A stretch of DNA of 64,000 nucleotides from a virus. Of the stretch, positions 62,337 to 64,000 are shown in pieces (within the stretch, counting starts at the first letter, position 1; every line of letters begins with the position of its first letter). The stretch is from positions 1 to 64,000 of the IMG/VR virus record IMGVR_UViG_3300037230_000036. One strand, given 5' to 3'. Under the pieces are notes generated by a model. The model was not told the DNA's origin. It searched no databases and worked only from the letters and a program-made list of their open reading frames with translations. The position numbers were made by a program, and so were the translations under genes.

Positions 62337-63287
62337 ATGATGGACGCAAGCAAGCCTGACGAGTTCGCGGCCGAGCTGGTCGACGCCTGTGCGCCTGGGA
62401 TGGTCAAGAGCAAGGCGGAGGCTTTGGCGCTGTACGATCGCCACGACAGCTCCGAGGCTGCGCAGAAGCGACGGGACGAGTGGGGTGAGCAGGAACAGGG
62501 CGACCCGGCGCTTGAGGCTTTGCGGCGCGCGCTGCTGCCGGGATTGCTGATGATCGAGGAGTGCTCCAGGCAGCTCACGCGGCAGTGGACACGGGTCTTC
62601 CGGAAGGTGGCAACGGCACCCATTGGGTTCGTGGAGATTCAGTATCGCGGAGCGCTTCACCGCCTCTGCTCGATGGATAGCAAGGGAGGTGTGGCGCTTA
62701 GGACAGTGCTGGCGCCGGAGAGGGGCCTGGAGGGGTTTGTCGTTCAGGCTATTGGGATGTCGGAGTGCTCCCTCCAAGTTGAGGAAATGCGCCACGCCAA
62801 CGTACTGGATGCCGGCCGGGTTGCGGACGCCGCGGAGGGTGGTGGAACTCCGCTGTTCTCGCTCAAACACCAGATCGACACCGGCGTTTACTCGAACATG
62901 CTCGACCCGGCTTCGGAGCTCAACGAGATGGCGGTGGAGATGGCGGCTGTGGCGGTTCGCAAGCTGCCAGACCAAGCTGGATCGCGGGCGTTGGCCAATC
63001 CGAAGCTGCTCGTGGTGCCGACAGGGTTGGAGTTCAGCGCCCATCGGCTCTGCAAGGGCGACCACGCCGCGAGTTGGCCGCAGGATGGCTATTGCGTTCT
63101 CGATTATCTCGTAAATCCGAAGGCGTGGTTTCTGACTACCACGATCAAGGGGCTCGTCAGCATCGAGAAGGCACCGTTCAAGCTGGACCTCAAGGTCGAG
63201 GGTGATGCGCTGGTGCTGGAAGGTTCGCAGTCCTACGCCGCCGGCTACATGAACCCGCGTGGGGTCTTCGGGAGCTTCCCCGGCTGA
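62337..63287 (+). CDS. Divergent Mu-gpT-like major capsid protein paralogue
   Basis: LLPGL, PLFS..H, SN....ELNE, PKLLVVP.GL.F.A.RL, YL..P.AWFL.T, Y..G..NPRGVFGS.PG. Confidence 0.6.
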   Translation: MMDASKPDEFAAELVDACAPGMVKSKAEALALYDRHDSSEAAQKRRDEWGEQEQGDPALEALRRALLPGLLMIEECSRQLTRQWTRVFRKVATAPIGFVEIQYRGALHRLCSMDSKGGVALRTVLAPERGLEGFVVQAIGMSECSLQVEEMRHANVLDAGRVADAAEGGGTPLFSLKHQIDTGVYSNMLDPASELNEMAVEMAAVAVRKLPDQAGSRALANPKLLVVPTGLEFSAHRLCKGDHAASWPQDGYCVLDYLVNPKAWFLTTTIKGLVSIEKAPFKLDLKVEGDALVLEGSQSYAAGYMNPRGVFGSFPG

Positions 63288-63418
63288 GGTGCGCGGCGAC
63301 TGCGGATGTGATACAAACCTCGTCTCTGAGGCTGTTCGTCGTAGCCGAGTGCGGTTGTCGGCAACGAGCTCGCTCACAGACGAGGTCTATTTTCCATAAT
63401 CGCGGCACGGATGGGGAA

Positions 63419-63622
63419 ATGAGCGAGGAAGTCTGCGATATCGGCTACATCAACCCCGAGAGGAAGCACGCGCTGATCAGCATCAAGGCACCGTCGCTGA
63501 ATAGCTGCCACTGCTCATGGCAGCGCAATATGGCGCAATTTGCGATCACCATCGAGAGCGCGATCGTTCTCCGCGCGAAGCTGAATGCGTTTCTCGCCCA
63601 GCACGGAGTCACATTTCAATGA
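63419..63622 (+). CDS. Hypothetical protein
   Basis: GGGG RBS; ATGA overlap with the next ORF. Confidence 0.4.
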   Translation: MSEEVCDIGYINPERKHALISIKAPSLNSCHCSWQRNMAQFAITIESAIVLRAKLNAFLAQHGVTFQ

Positions 63623-64000
63623 GCGACGCACCGCAGGAATGGCACCCGTGGGCCGATTATGGGGGAAGCCCGGATGAGCCTCCCGTAGCGGAAGCCGGGA
63701 TCGATCTCGCCGGCCCTCCCTGTGCGGGCTGCCGTTCCTGGGCTGAGTCGACTCCTCCATCGCGCTCTGAGGAGGAGATGCCGTTTTGACCAAAGCCCGG
63801 CGCCCCACCGCAGCAGATCGTGACCTCGCCGATCACATTCGCCGGCTCCCGTTCGGCTCGTACAGGATCGATTCGATCGATGAGGCGGCGTCCGATGGGA
63901 CCGCACCGATGCGGTACTGTGGTCTGGCTCGTATGAAGCGCGAAGGGCAGCTCACGCTCGAAATTGGCGTGAAACGCATCGATATCTATCCGTCCGAGCC

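Overview
High-GC segment of a tailed dsDNA phage, most likely podovirus-like and infecting an alphaproteobacterium (it encodes GcrA-, GapR-, BTLCP- and DUF3309-like genes). It covers most of a genome; large terminase, portal, a canonical major capsid gene and an integrase are not seen. Layout: (1) 1-13 kb tail, adaptor and ejection genes, with an antisense GIY-YIG endonuclease and a tRNA-Leu(UAA); (2) 13-17.4 kb accessory island (ASCH, DUF5131, YkgJ, PAPS reductase) and a structured non-coding stretch; (3) a 3787-aa DarB-like polyvalent protein; (4) signal-peptide-bearing fibre, lysis genes and lipoproteins; (5) leftward early arm with RecT/YqaJ; (6) divergent promoters and a replication arm (Cro, GapR, RuvC, class II RNR, primase, DnaA-CTD, GcrA, AAA helicase); (7) small leftward genes and a repressor; (8) SSB, TerS and a divergent capsid paralogue. 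Most notable: (a) tiny transposase-free gene cassettes with shared 17-bp terminal inverted repeats and exact 8-bp target duplications, whose end supplies the RBS and ATG for unrelated cargo genes; (b) two or three +1-frame genes nested in the polyvalent gene; (c) an early gene pair made of a C-terminal-GG protein and a Cys-containing partner; (d) a GG motif shared by ejection proteins; (e) an SGNH esterase plus lysozyme-like tandem in an ejection protein. All family assignments come from motif recognition by eye; no database searches were run.
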